A stretch of 63,405 nt of DNA, counting the filler, from Choristocarpus tenellus KU-1152 (taxonomy: Eukaryota; Protista; Phaeophyceae): NCBI GenBank assembly GCA_964200185.2. It is 8 parts of 8 records of this genome, joined end to end, with 100 filler letters (N's around TTAATTAATTAA, not from the genome) between each part and the next. Parts side by side here need not be neighbours in the genome. Positions count along the whole stretch, not along the records: positions 1 to 5,163 come from CAXNAD020011654.1; positions 5,264 to 20,259 come from CAXNAD020001080.1; 6 more parts are not named here. The stretch is one strand, 5' to 3'. Positions 1-12,233 of this stretch are shown here, piece after piece (positions within the stretch are counted from its first letter, which is position 1; every line of letters begins with the position of its first letter). Below the pieces are notes generated by a model. The model had not been told where the DNA came from. It made no database searches and saw only the letters and a program-made list of their open reading frames with translations. The position numbers and the translations under genes are program-made.

Positions 1-270
1 CTTCACCTTATGCGCTCACGTCAGGGGGGGGGGGGGCTAGGTGATGTACATTTATTTGACATTTTATACATTTGGGCTTCCAAGGCAGTAGGCAAGGTTC
101 CCTCCGGGCTGCAGGAGTCACCAAAAGGGTACAGGCTCTGGACACAAGGGTAAGGGGTCCAATTTTACGCTTTTGAGTGAAGAGACTGTGTATCACTTGT
201 TGACCCTTTTACTCCCTCCCTATACATGATAATTTTTCTGTTGGCATTATTGTACATTTAGCCACCACAG

Positions 271-1521
271 GGAGAGAAGAAGTCAGGGGGTGGGGGTAGG
301 AAGGAAAAGGCCCCTGATATCACAGATGAGGCGTTCCCGTCGCTGCCAGGAATGCCCAAGCCCAAGCCGGTTGAAGCTGAGGAGGAGGGGAAGGAAGAGG
401 CAGAGGGGGCAGAGGAGGTTGATACTACTGGGGAGGTAGAGAAGGGGGGAGAGGCGGTGAATGGTGATACTCCTGCTGCTACTGATAGTGCTGCAGTGGC
501 CTCAGCTGAGACAGAGACAGAGACAGTGAAGGTACAGTGGTGTCTTCACCCATGTGGATGGTTCAGTTGTCTGGTGGTTCATGGGCATGCGATGCGTAGA
601 TGTGTAGGGTCAAGTTAGTGGCACATGAGATTCTACCTGGAGTTAGTTGTTGAATGCCTGTTTGTTTTCCATTTAGATCGGGAGGATTTCCTTATTTTTT
701 CTGTGATTGATTTCTCTTTGTTTTATAACTGTTTCATCTCTCCTTTTTAAGTTTTGAGGTAACTTGTTTGATTCTCCAGCTGTATTTTGCTCTTGTTTAC
801 GGTGTTCCTTTTTGTTTTATTTTTATTTTTCTACACAGTTTGTGCTAATTATCACTTCTCCCTCTTGATGATTTCACACACACTAATTTGTCTGTTGTGA
901 AGGAGATAGCGTTGCAGACACCTGTTGCCATCGGAGAGGTTGGAGAGCCCGAGGCTGTTGAAGATAATAAGGTACTGTAATGAAGTCTTACGTTTTTGTC
1001 GCAGAAGTGTGGGTATCAGTAATAGTGGAGTTGTGGTTATCTGTGTGGCAACAATTGTTCATTTTGGTGTTAAGAAATTGTATCGGGAGTCAATGGAGAT
1101 TTATCAGTGGAGGTATGGTAAAGGGGGTCTCACACAACTTTAGATTAGAGGCTTGAGTGATACAGTCTGTCTAGATCTTTGATCAATGTATAATACCTGA
1201 TATTTACGCCATCCAATAGCCTTTTTTGGCTGGGGGCACTTTGATGCTCCTAACCGACAAGCAGTTTGTGGCATTTTCCAGTTCAGATTTGTCTCAGTCA
1301 GACACACCCTTACTCTATGTGTTCTACAAGCGGTCATTTTTTTCTGGAATGCTGTAAAATCCAAATTTCAGGAGTCTGAGAAGAATGTCAAGGTGGAAAA
1401 AACTGAGCCTACGGTGGTGATGGAAAAGACTAGTGATGCAGATGCTGAGGAAAGTGAAAGCAAGGAGGCGTTTACAGTTGAAGAGGAGGGATGCGCTGAT
1501 GATGGTGTCAACGAGAAATAA
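271..1521 (+). CDS. 3' part of SERBP1/HABP4/Stm1-like RNA/ribosome-binding protein with acidic tail (5' exons outside window); exons 271-531, 903-971, 1372-1521
   Basis: Three phase-0 GT-AG exons join in frame and end at TAA 1519-1521. The first reads GEKKSGGGGRKEKAPDITDEAFPSL, resembling the APDxxDxxxFPxL C-terminal motif of SERBP1/Stm1. The rest is E/A/V-rich low complexity. Confidence 0.6.
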
Positions 1522-1849
1522 ACATTTAATAACTGGGGTGGAGAGAGGAGGGGATTGGGATGTATCCCTCCATCACGCAAACAAAACAAGAATAATTGGG
1601 TGCTTGAGATGAATATTGCATATTGTGGTTGGCAATTTGATTAGTGTGTTGTGTGTCTCACAAGCAGCAGCAGGGTGGAAGGAAGGAGAGTAGGGGGTGG
1701 TAGGGGTGACAGGTCTGCCCTTCCTGAGTTATGCAACTCTTTTGGTTGGTTATTGTATCGATGCTTGTATCGTGTCTTATCGGGTGCTGTGTATGTGTCG
1801 TTATAGCTCAGTTCATGCCTCCTATCACTGTTTTGGGATGTTCCCCTGT

Positions 1850-2100
1850 TTAGCAGGGTGTGTTTGGAGAATTCTATCAAGGAGGTGCAATGGGCAATTG
1901 GGGTTGTTGACATGAGGTTGACAAGAGGGCCGACACAACATGAAGTTAGGATGTGGGGGAGTGATTCAGAGTCAAGGCGGTGTATGAGAGAGCCAGGGCG
2001 ACTTGACTGTCAGTCAGCCTGGTTCATGAAAGCCATTCTTAGTTTGGAATGAGCAAGGTCGTATCTAGCTCATGAGCATGAACATACCATGGCATGTGGG
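1850..2100 (-). mobile_element. Decayed non-LTR (LINE) C-terminal zinc-knuckle remnant
   Basis: The minus strand reads RPGSLIHRLDSESLPHILTSCC, a degenerate CxxC...E..H.L..C motif. Surrounding frames are interrupted by stops. Confidence 0.4.
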
Positions 2101-3410
2101 GTCGATGGGGGTATTGGTCCCTTTTGGGGTGGATTGTGAAGGGTTAGGAGTGACTCTGGGTGGGAGGGGGGGGTCAGAGGATTGCGCAGGATGACTTGAT
2201 TGCATTTGGTCAGTCATAGAAAATTGTTGAAAGGGCAGAGAGAGTATCTGTGCCCTCTAAATATCCTGAGTTGAGCATGCTGCAAATGTGTTTGCTGTGT
2301 GTCTGTGCCATGAACATGGTGGAGTGGTACACCTCACAGCTGCCTGGGTGTTGAGGGTTTGCCATCAGGATACGGTAAGCAAGGTTGAGTGTCAGAGAGT
2401 GGATTGGTTGAGGTAGATGCAGGCTGTAGTATAATAAGACTGCCTGTCTGTGCAAGTGATAGCATCATAAAGTAGTGGAGAGGGGGTGGTACTTGGGTAT
2501 TTGTTAAAGATGTTGTGGGGGGGGGGAGAGCACAGCAATGCATAGGTAGGTTAAAAGAGGGATCTCAGTGCCTGTACAGCCTCCAGCTCCAGTCCACGCA
2601 ACTCCTTCTGCTAGAAGGGATGCTTGTGGTCAGGTGAGGAGCTTGTGATGGTAGGTCTGTTGATTATGCAAGAGACGGGGTCTGTTCCACACCTTACTAG
2701 TTGTGCCAAGCAAGGGTGGAAGTGTTCAGGGCAGGGCAGGGGAGTAGGAGATGGCCCAATGTTTAGACCATGGATTGTGTAGGCTAGGTGCCTTGTACTG
2801 CATAGGGCACAATTGATTTGAGATGGCTAGAGGTTGTGGTCTGTGGTGCGCGCCTGTGCTTCAAGTGTGAGGTGGGTGTGAATCAGCACTGCAGGTCGCA
2901 GGTACCTCCTCTACTTGGTGACCCTGTGTGCGCGTACGTATTTTTGTACGTGGTATTGTAACTTTTCTCCTTGCTCTGCAGGAACACATATATGTTTGCC
3001 TGTCTGCTACCTTTGGGAGAGGGAAATGGTCAAAGTCTTTACTTCGTAGTAGTAACTCTGGGGTATTCCTACTCTGGTAATTATTATGGTGTTGCCATAC
3101 GCATGCGTGGCAGCTGGCTAGTTGATATTTTATGGGGGTAGTGTGCTCCCTCTTATAATTGTAGATGAGATACTGCACAAGCAAACAATTGCGACAGCAC
3201 AGTTGTCGTTGACTAATTCCTTACTACATCACGCGGTTTGATTCATGTACCTCTCACCTGAATTGAATATGGATCTGTTGCATGAAGGTCAATGTAAGTA
3301 GGGCTAGTGTGTTTTTTGTTTCTAGTTTTCCGGTTGTAGTACTACTGCTCTCATTATAATCGAGAAACGTACATTGTAGGTAAATGACCCTTTTTACCTG
3401 CTTGTGTTTT

Positions 3411-3660
3411 GTTTTGCTCACAATTCTGGATTATTCTTTTTTTATTCCACCCATTCCCCTCCTCCACATTGTATCACCGCTTGTGACCGACCAGTGCAAA
3501 CCCCTTTGCCACTGATTTCCAGTCACCTTCCCCCCCTGCGATAACCAACCAATGCAAACCCCCTTCATTGATTTCTAGTCACCCCCCACATCTAATGACC
3601 AACCAGTGCGAACCCTTCGCCACTGATTTCCAGTCACCACTCCACAATCATCCAAGAACA
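3411..3660 (+). repeat. Interspersed repeat with 3 tandem ~56-bp units (copy 1)
   Basis: Starts GTTTTGCTCACAATTCTGGATTATT, has 3 units of TGACCAACCAGTGC..CCC..CACTGATTTCCAGTCACC, and ends CACTCCACAATCATCCAAGA. The same layout occurs at 6434-6781. Confidence 0.8.
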
Positions 3661-4888
3661 CCCCCTTCATCTTCCACTTCATATCGTGCTTTTGAACTAG
3701 AAGACATCTATCTACCCTGCCCGAACTTGACCTCCCCTCCCTTTACCGAGCAAGTCGTGAGCAAGCGGCAGGGTGAGTAAAGGGAGAGTTTGCTCGGAGT
3801 CTTGTTCTAGCCTCTCCTCGTCTTGTACCACCAGCCCTCGGTTTTCTTTACATACTGACCATTCCCCCTTACCTTGTGCCTCCACGTACCAACCACTTCT
3901 TTAACTTCTCTCCTGCCTCCTAATCACTCAGTACTTAACTCTTTGTTTTCCTTCCGCACCTCTCCCTCCCTAGTACCATATTACCACAAGAATTCTTCCC
4001 CCCCATAAAACTAAGATTATTTTATCTGCTTTCCCTTCTATGTGAATAGTGTCCACTGTAACTGATCCTGTAGGGACTATTTTGTTTATTTTTCTTTTAG
4101 ATCGATTGGTTTACTTCTAGTCATTCTTTTGTAAAACAGAACAGTTAGTCGCAAATGGAAGAACAAGCGAGACAGAATGTTTAAGGAAAGAATCAATGAG
4201 AGAAAAGAAGTGTGAGGCGAAATCTCTATTTCCAGATGATTACTTCAATCTCTGGTTGGGTAATATATTCATGTCAGACCACAATAGACATTGGAGAATG
4301 CTTCCTTTATTCGTCATGGAACAAGAAGTATGTACAGAGTCAGGCGATGAAGAGAATTCTTATCCATTTCTTAAAACAGTTAGTTGAGGTTGTGGAATAG
4401 TTTGTGGTTTGCCAATGATTGCCGGAGTGAGGAACATCGCTTCAGTATTTTGGGTATCCCAGATTATGTTGGTAAGTGGAGAATTTGAGTAGCTGTCCCC
4501 ACGTGACCGTACAGAAGTTAGTGTTATGAATCGTAGCAGATCGGTCTGTTTCGATTAGATCGCAGTTTAATCTCAAACGAAAACTCGAGACCGACTTTCT
4601 TACCATTTTCATTTTTCAACTCTGGAATGCTTGGAGGACAGAACATGATCCAACATAAGCACCAACACAAGGATGTCCAGTGTGTCTAGGTACGTCATAA
4701 AGACGATGTGGGTGGGTTCCTGCTTGAGTATGACGTCAATTTCGATCGATCTGACGGATATGTCCTTCCGCGTGTGTTAGACGGCCTTAAATGTTTTTAG
4801 ATCTGACAGATGATCAAGAGAAGGGAAGCGAATGGAGGAATGACAAACAATGAAGCGCCGTGGGTCGAGGGCTGATATCCGGAACATA

Positions 4889-5064
4889 GAGCCAAAGTAT
4901 CTTAGAGGGTAGAGCCGCGTCCATTTGGGGATCAAAATCCAATGTTGTGAATTTGATGTAATTTGGTCTATCGTGTTTGTTAGGAAGTGTCGTTATCTAT
5001 GTTTCCGACACACCTTTCATAACGTACACATTCTGCCTACTCCAAAATATTTCGGAGTCGGAAG
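4889..5064 (+). mobile_element. MITE subfamily B, truncated copy
   Basis: Begins GAGCCAAAGTATCTTAGAGGGTAG and aligns by eye with 37911-38085. Confidence 0.75.
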
Positions 5065-5086
5065 TTGTCATAAAAAAACCCCATGC

Positions 5087-5163
5087 CATGGGGGATTCGC
5101 AAATTGAGGATGGCGCGGGACTATGAGGATGGTTGTTTTTCGAAAACAGTCTTAAAAAAGTAC
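5087..5163 (+). repeat. Terminus of an interspersed element (possible hAT-like end), cut by linker
   Basis: GGGGATTCGCAAATTGAGGATGGCGCG.GACTATGAGGATGGTTGTTTTTCGAAAAC is near-identical to 60397-60470. Confidence 0.7.
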
Positions 5164-5263
5164 NNNNNNNNNNNNNNNNNNNNNNNNNNNNNNNNNNNNN
5201 NNNNNNNTTAATTAATTAANNNNNNNNNNNNNNNNNNNNNNNNNNNNNNNNNNNNNNNNNNNN
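5164..5263. other. Artificial contig linker
   Basis: 44N + TTAATTAATTAA (stops in all six frames) + 44N. Confidence 0.98.
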
Positions 5264-5286
5264 CCCCTCCCAGATACTTTGGGTCT
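5264..5286. mobile_element. MITE subfamily A terminal fragment at contig start
   Basis: CCCCTCCCAGATACTTTGGGTC equals the right TIR of the full copies. Confidence 0.65.
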
Positions 5287-6433
5287 TAGCTACTGTTTCC
5301 GCAAAGCAATCAAAGTTCTCTGTTCACCTACTCCACATTATGTTGAGTAGAGTTATGCTAGGCTAGGTGTTTGCTTGTTGACGACATGGTCATGATGGCT
5401 TTGGTCATTACTCCAAAGTAAGTACCTCCTTATAGCGCACACATAATATGTGGCACGTGGACATGCTCTGTGACTTGTAAGTCTGCCCTTGTACACTGTT
5501 GAGATTGTGTATAGGGTTCCCACTGTGCTTGTTCCTGAACCCCTCTCTCGCTCCATCTCTATGTTATCCTCCTATTATAAGGGATCGGGAAAACAGTCCA
5601 TGTGTGGTTCGATCCCACAACCTCTCTTTTTCTTCAAGGATTAGGATGACCAATGGGGATTAGGATGAGGAATGTAATGACCTATGGTATTTCATGCTAT
5701 ACTTAAGAGCCAAAGTAATTGAGAGGTAGGTAACGTTGCGTTTTAAGAATGCAACTGACCATTGCACCCAACTCTCGATTACCTTTTCTCCATTTATCTA
5801 TTCTTAGTCTTCATCGACTACCCCAAATATGTCTTAAACAAGATTGGAGATACCTGCCACAAAATCTTGGTATAGGTGAACAATGCGTTAGACTTGAGGA
5901 TTTTTGAATAACTGCACTATGATGGTGATATCGGTCGGGGTTCATCCTATTGTCACACCCCAATGACCAACTATCACAATCAACCTGCTCCCGATACCAC
6001 ATTCAGGTATCACATGCACAGCTTGGTGTATTGGATCCCAACTGACCCCCTGGATATCATGCCAGATACTCTGCCAATGGATGTTACCAAGTACTTGTGG
6101 GTATGCCAGGGCAATGCGGGTAAGGCACCGAAAGATCCGAAGAAGAGAGCTCAGTATGCATCAGATCTTCTCGGCATCAACAGCACCGAAAATTGCAACA
6201 AACTCTGGGATAGTTTGAACAATATTGGTTGACATAACAAGGTGCAACGTACTGTCAGGGTGACTGGCATTAAACCATCTCCCAGTTTGGACAATGCTTG
6301 TCAATGAAAGGCTTGTCAGGACTTCAACTGGGAAAGTAGGCTGCAGGGCAGTAGTGTCAAACCTCTTGGGTCAGAATAGTATTATAGTTTGGCAGTCTAT
6401 TGTTTAGGTTGCAAAATAGGGTCGTAACCTTTT

Positions 6434-6781
6434 GTTTTGCTCACGAAGTCTGGATTATTATTACTATTATCACTCTATTCCTTGTTTGCCATTTCTCCAT
6501 TCTCCATTCCTCTCCTGGTTTCCTATTTACCCCCATTTGATGACCAACCAGTGCGAATGCCCTTCGTCACTGATTGCCAGCCATACCCACATTTGATGAC
6601 CAAACAGTGCAAATGCCCTTCGTCACTGCTTGCCAGCCATACCCACATTTGATGACCAAACAGTGCAAATGCCCTTCGTCACTGCTTGCCAGCCATCCTT
6701 TCAACCCACACAAGTTACCACCCCCCTCAACCCCACAGCAGTTCTCACACCACTCAACACCACTCCACAATCATCCAAGAA
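6434..6781 (+). repeat. Interspersed repeat with 3 tandem 56-bp units (copy 2)
   Basis: ATTTGATGACCAAACAGTGCAAATGCCCTTCGTCACTGCTTGCCAGCCATACCCAC occurs about 3 times, with the same flanks as 3411-3660. Confidence 0.8.
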
Positions 6782-8749
6782 AGATATCATCTCTGTTGAT
6801 TTTGCTTTGTTTGGTCTTTCTCGAGTACTGCTAAGTATACTATAGTTGGAATTACAACGATAGTGATAGTCAAGTCAGGGTTACATGCCTAAAAAAATAT
6901 CCTCTCTGAGCAACTCATGAAGAGAGAAGTGATGCAATTGAGAGCCAAAATAATCGAGAGGTAGCCTACCCTTTTCCACACACCAAGAGACACCACAATA
7001 TAAAAAGGTTCTATCTGCAATTGTACAAACAGTATATTTTTGCCATTTCTAGGGATCCTTAAAATACAACCTCGCCTACCTCTCAATACTCTAGCTCTGA
7101 GTGGTCCTGGTACTGTCAGCCGGTCAGTCCAAATTCCATCCACCACCCCAAGAAAACTGGAAATCATTCTGGATATATCCACTACTACGGAAGCTCCCTA
7201 TAGTGAAAAGCTCGAATCCGTTGGGAGGAGGATTTACCTTTTAATGAGTGACTATTTTGTGATGCATTGCATCCGTTTATTTATACTGCTTCACATTCTG
7301 TGAAAAAATACACACATGCATTCAAATATTTGTCCACTCATTGGGACCAAAAACAAATGAAGGTACATGCCTTACTTTTTGGAGTATGCTCTACTGTAGC
7401 ATACACTCCATATAAACAATAGAACTCAACAAGGAACACACAGGAACACTCTCTCCCAGCATGTCCACCCATCACTGAGAGAAATGTTGGGCACTGTGCA
7501 TGATGTACGATTTTATTCATTGAGTCAAACAGAATTCTATCATATTATTAATACTTTGGAGTATGAGCAACTCCGGAGTACTACAGCAAACAAGTAGAGG
7601 TCTCCTTGCAGTATACCTACCTGTGCACTTCCACCGGATATTAAAATAAAATCGATCAAAAACAAGGAGAGCAAATGAGTTTCTGGTATTGACCGTGGGT
7701 ATCTTCACCATCGAAAGAGTGTACTTTCATCATCATCATTAAGGACGAGAGACCTCTAGTACAGACAAAACGAGTGGCTAGGACCATAGCTAGAATGAAG
7801 AGCTCATAATTTTTTTACTCATTATATACATCTGGCACAACCCTCAAGGATGGTTCGAGGAGGATGTATGTCTCGGTATCCTTCTCCTCCTCCTCTCTAC
7901 GGCTCGCATGTAGAGTCATCCGCGCGCTGCGTTGGTTGGCACGCAGGGCCGCAGTCTTATTGTGATCCCTTTTCTCCTTCTCACACAGTTGTTCGACCCC
8001 CTCCTCGATCTCATCCTCTCTCTGTCATGAATGATACATCAGCCCAGGTGGCAAGGAGGGCTCGCCATGCTCACCTTGGTAACGCACAGAGTAAATACAT
8101 GCCCCGGAATCGTCTATGTCAACGTCGCGGACATGCCCCCAGACGATAGGATCCCCACTCCCGCATAGGATGAAAGTGGTGCCTCGACCGAACTTGGCAT
8201 TGGATATGTCTCCACGTCTGCGTTGTCTAGAGAAGCGAACAGGTATCCTGCCGAGGGATTGCCAATTGGATTCCGCAGTGAATCTTTAGTATTGGCCAGG
8301 GAGGATGGTGTACGTATCGTCGAGGTTGTTACGACCAAGGAGTGTGATGTCAAGGTCGAGGATAGCCTGAAAGGGGACCTGGTTGAATGACCTACAGAGT
8401 AACCACGTTTTTTTGTGATGATTGGGTTCGGGAAAAGGGTCAGACCCTGAAGACCATCGTGTATGAGACAGCAGCGTTCGTAATGGGTAGGTGTTGTTTG
8501 GTTGTTGGGTGTTTTCATGTTGTATCAAATATCAAATTTGATTTCAATGTGTTTCGATATCAATATCCCGATATTCACGGACACAGGGAACAGACAAGGG
8601 AAAAAAAAATCGTCACCGGGCAGACAACGGTCAAAGTAGCGAGGCATTGACCGTCTGTTTAGGTGACATGTCCTAACACACATTTAAACTTTCAAACTTG
8701 AAAAGGAGATAGCACTGGGGCAACAGTGAGGCGGTCACACAGATCTCAA

Positions 8750-9831
8750 ATGTCTAGCAGAACCGACCTGGGTAACGTTGGAATTTCCGCTGCCTCTTAT
8801 GTGTATGGCCCCGCTAGCGTGCATCTCCTTCCCTGCAAAATCCATCACACTGGGCCAGCCCCAGTTGGCACATACTTTCAGCCCCGACCAGGAGTTGATG
8901 CGACTAGGGGTGAAGGTGGGCCCGCGCAGTGGGGTGATGAGGGTGCTGGGCAAATGTGGAAGGATATTGGACAAGGGGATAAGGAGCCCACAGCCTTCTT
9001 TCGTGGGAGGAAGCTGATGTGAGCTGAGGGTCAATACTCCAGAGGAGGTTGAATATGGGAGAGGTTCGTCGGTAATTCGTAGGATTCAATGTGTAGGGCT
9101 CGTGTGGTAGCGTTTTATTTTCGTGTTTTCCTCCAGAAATCTGAAATATGACATTGTTGTAATGTGCGGTCCTGACAACCGTTTGTTAGGGGGAGAACAG
9201 TGGACCTACCCGAGGGTATTCATGGAGTAGTGCTTCGAGAGCACAAGTGCCCGGCAGGAGTAAGGGAAGCGAACGAGGATGTTACATCATTTTGGGCTGC
9301 AGAAACCTCCTTTGAAAAGATGACTGTGCGTTATCTATCCTTTAGTTCAGGAGATCCTTGTTCTCTCCATTTTCGATAAGCCTTCTATCTCTTGTTCACT
9401 ACGTTGTCGGCATCAATTGCGCAACCATGCCTTCTCCGACACCGTGTCTGGCGCCAACTTATCCCTCAACATTCCACCCAATCTTATAGGTCTGGGGACA
9501 TGACGAAATGCCGAAGGAGACCACAGTGGATCGTTGTTTGGCTTGGATGGTGGTATCAAAATCGGCGAGTTGGTCCTCTTCACATGCACAACCCCCAATT
9601 GTTATAGGGCTTCAGAGTTGAAGAACATTGTGATAGCACTCTGCTCTTTTTTTTTTGTAATTATCAGCTGTTGTGGATGAAATATCGATTCCATGCTGGA
9701 ATCGCTCAAGTGTATCCAAGAGCACAGAGCCTTGAAACTCAGCACTATGACCAAAACCTTTCCCCTCGTTTGCCCCTCACCTATTCGGTTCCGCAATTGT
9801 GATGGACGCTTGGCAGGTGCACGATCCATGA
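8750..9831 (+). CDS. RNASEH2C: Ribonuclease H2 subunit C; exons 8750-9018, 9190-9325, 9490-9564, 9817-9831
   Basis: Motifs VHLLPCKIHHTGPAPVGTYF, AFFRGRKLMGRTVDLPEG, FEKMTVWGHD and LAWMVVSKSVHDP*. Phases are consistent; intron 3 has a GC donor. Confidence 0.9.
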
Positions 9832-9999
9832 GATTCAGTGTTTCAATAACAAGTCTGAGAGTACTACGCTGGAGGCATTTTGCGGAATTGAAGGAGGAAA
9901 ACAAGGAACCCTTACAATGTGCACATGAAACATGAATAGGTTGGCATTCCCATCAACCCTGCCTTCTTGACGCAGGGGATACGGGTTTTCAAGGGAACT

Positions 10000-11990
10000 T
10001 GTAGGGTTGTCATAAGATCAGATTACTTCTGGATCGTTGAAGACTGGAAGTGTCATCCTTCTGTACTGCATGCTTCACTGATACCTGTATATATATTACT
10101 TTGTCTTCAACCTTTGGAAGTCGTTAGAGGTGCCTCACAGTGAGTGTTTGTCCTTGTTTGTGTGCAAGACGAATATGAAGTGCTCTCTTTGGCAGTGAGA
10201 TTTCATCACTTTGAAGTGCTGTCACTTGACTCAAAAGTGATCTGTATCACTGATGATGACAATCTTTTTCCAAGAAATGCTTCCAACAGCTCAACATTCG
10301 TTTTTCTTTTTATCCATAAAGTTTCCACTCTGCAATAATGCTCATCAATCAATAGTAATTCAGGTCTACAGTCGCAAAAGGTGTATGCATAGTCAGGTAG
10401 GCCCATCGCACCACTCCTGGAGTAACAACCCCAGTGTCAACAAATAGATTTATCAAGCTTGCACCCATATAGTTCTTGAATCCATTTCGGCCTTCGGGAT
10501 CCTGGTGATGATTTTGCTCAGAATATCTCATTCTCAGTGTTTCTCATTCCAATCCACAAGCCTATAGAAGATACTGATGTTTGTACAAGCCTCTCAGGAC
10601 ACTTCACCAGTCCAGGTGTCCAACACGCAGCAGGTTAGCAGCGCTCTTTATTTCTTTTATTATCATCTGTGTTTTTATTTTGGTTAACAGAAGTTGGAAT
10701 ACATCTACATCTGAAAACCGTTGCGATATTCCCAAGTTACAGATCTTACTCTGCAACCTTTAGCAAATCGGAGTTCCTCTTTATATGGTTCCCCACACAT
10801 GTATATTGCCCACGCTGGTTAGAATCCGATAAGAAATGCTTGCACTATTCGCCTGCAACACGCCCCCCATTGCGAACTAGGAATACATGTTTCACGCTTA
10901 CCACAGGTGATAATCATGGATCAGGATAATACATGTCGCCCATTACCTCCGATTGTGTTGCAGCAGCATGTATTATTGCCATTTGGTAACATAGGGGCTC
11001 CAGTTCTGACTCTGCAAGTTGTTTCCAACATGGGGACTCCAGTTCTGAATTAACCCATGGATTCCAACAATGATCAACAAATTTCCTTGTTTGCTTTGAG
11101 AATGGATCCCCAAAAGAAGTCGTAAGACACAGTCAAGATCAAGATATGTCTGACCAAATCAGAGTATATGCTTTCGTTAAAATACACATAACTCCAACTA
11201 GGCCCAAAATAGGTCAACAAATACCCTTGTTTTCCTTGGGAAAATCTGTCCCAAGGGTCACAGAATACCATCAGAGTCAGTTTACACCTGATCTAACTTG
11301 AGTATACACTTGCTCCTTCTGAAACACACCTTCAAAATTTACAATGCATCTCTGACATGGACCAAGATGAATGGGTCCCCAGTTCCGATCTCTCTAGTCA
11401 CAAGTGTGATTAATTTATCCATGTTCCCTTTGAAGTGTCGACAAGGCCACACGATACAATCTCCGTCGGATTGTGTCTGACATCATCTGAGTATACACTT
11501 CTGATCAGGCCAACAATTCATGAGTCCTCCGTTCCAATGTCATTTGATTGTGATTCTCATTTTTTTTTCTATTGATATCTTAATGCAACTGACCTCTCAA
11601 TGGGATCATGTTCAGAGACTAGAGGGGGTATTCGCATTTACCATATTGTTTTGCCTTCAATACCTTCAGTGTCACACAAAGAAGATTCCAAACAGCTGGC
11701 GACCGCTGTTACACCAGTTCATGTCCCAGAATGAGATAGGGGCGTTGCTAATTGTATACTGAATCTTAGCAATTGGAAATGAATCTCGTATGAGGACTGG
11801 GAGTGCTTGGAGGGGCCTCCTCACATCTTGTGATCACTGCCACTTTGAGGTATTCTTCCACTCAGTGGGAGTAGTGTCTCAACAATGTCCTTGGGAGCTG
11901 ATGTAGTTTGACGCCCTAGTCCTGCCTCCCACTTACTATCCAGACATTGTCAAGGCCATCGTTTTAAACATGTTAGGAGAGGCATGTTGG
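10000..11990 (-). mobile_element. Highly decayed retroelement-like (LINE) remnant
   Basis: Stop-ridden minus-strand frames with only weak motifs: KWEAGLG (like GGLG) near 11920 and CRPELLLIDE near 10370. Confidence 0.3.
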
Positions 11991-12233
11991 CATAAAAGAG
12001 TCAAAACAATAGTTCTGATTCTATGAATTTAAGAGTGAGGTGGGGATTTGAGTCCCAATGTTCCACAACAACAGAAACGTGTATTCACCAATCCATAAGC
12101 AGTATAATAGTCATGTAGTGCTCTTGCTGCAATCATTGAATGGAGCTACACACCCATCTGGACCCCCTAGTGCCAGGATGACGAAACCATCTACCCAAGT
12201 TATTCATTACAAACTAAATGCTGACCCAACTTA

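Noticed and set aside
5208-5219. Recurrent TTAATTAATTAA palindrome as a biological motif
   Set aside because: It always sits centred in identical 44N flanks, so it is an artificial six-frame-stop linker.
6530-6700. CRISPR-like array
   Set aside because: Head-to-tail tandem units with no unique spacers, no cas genes, and a eukaryotic context.
7830-8520. Gene or LTR-element gag/protease upstream of RNASEH2C
   Set aside because: Only a vague DESGAS motif and a TGG-starting PBS-like string, with stops in all plausible frames; it cannot be supported.
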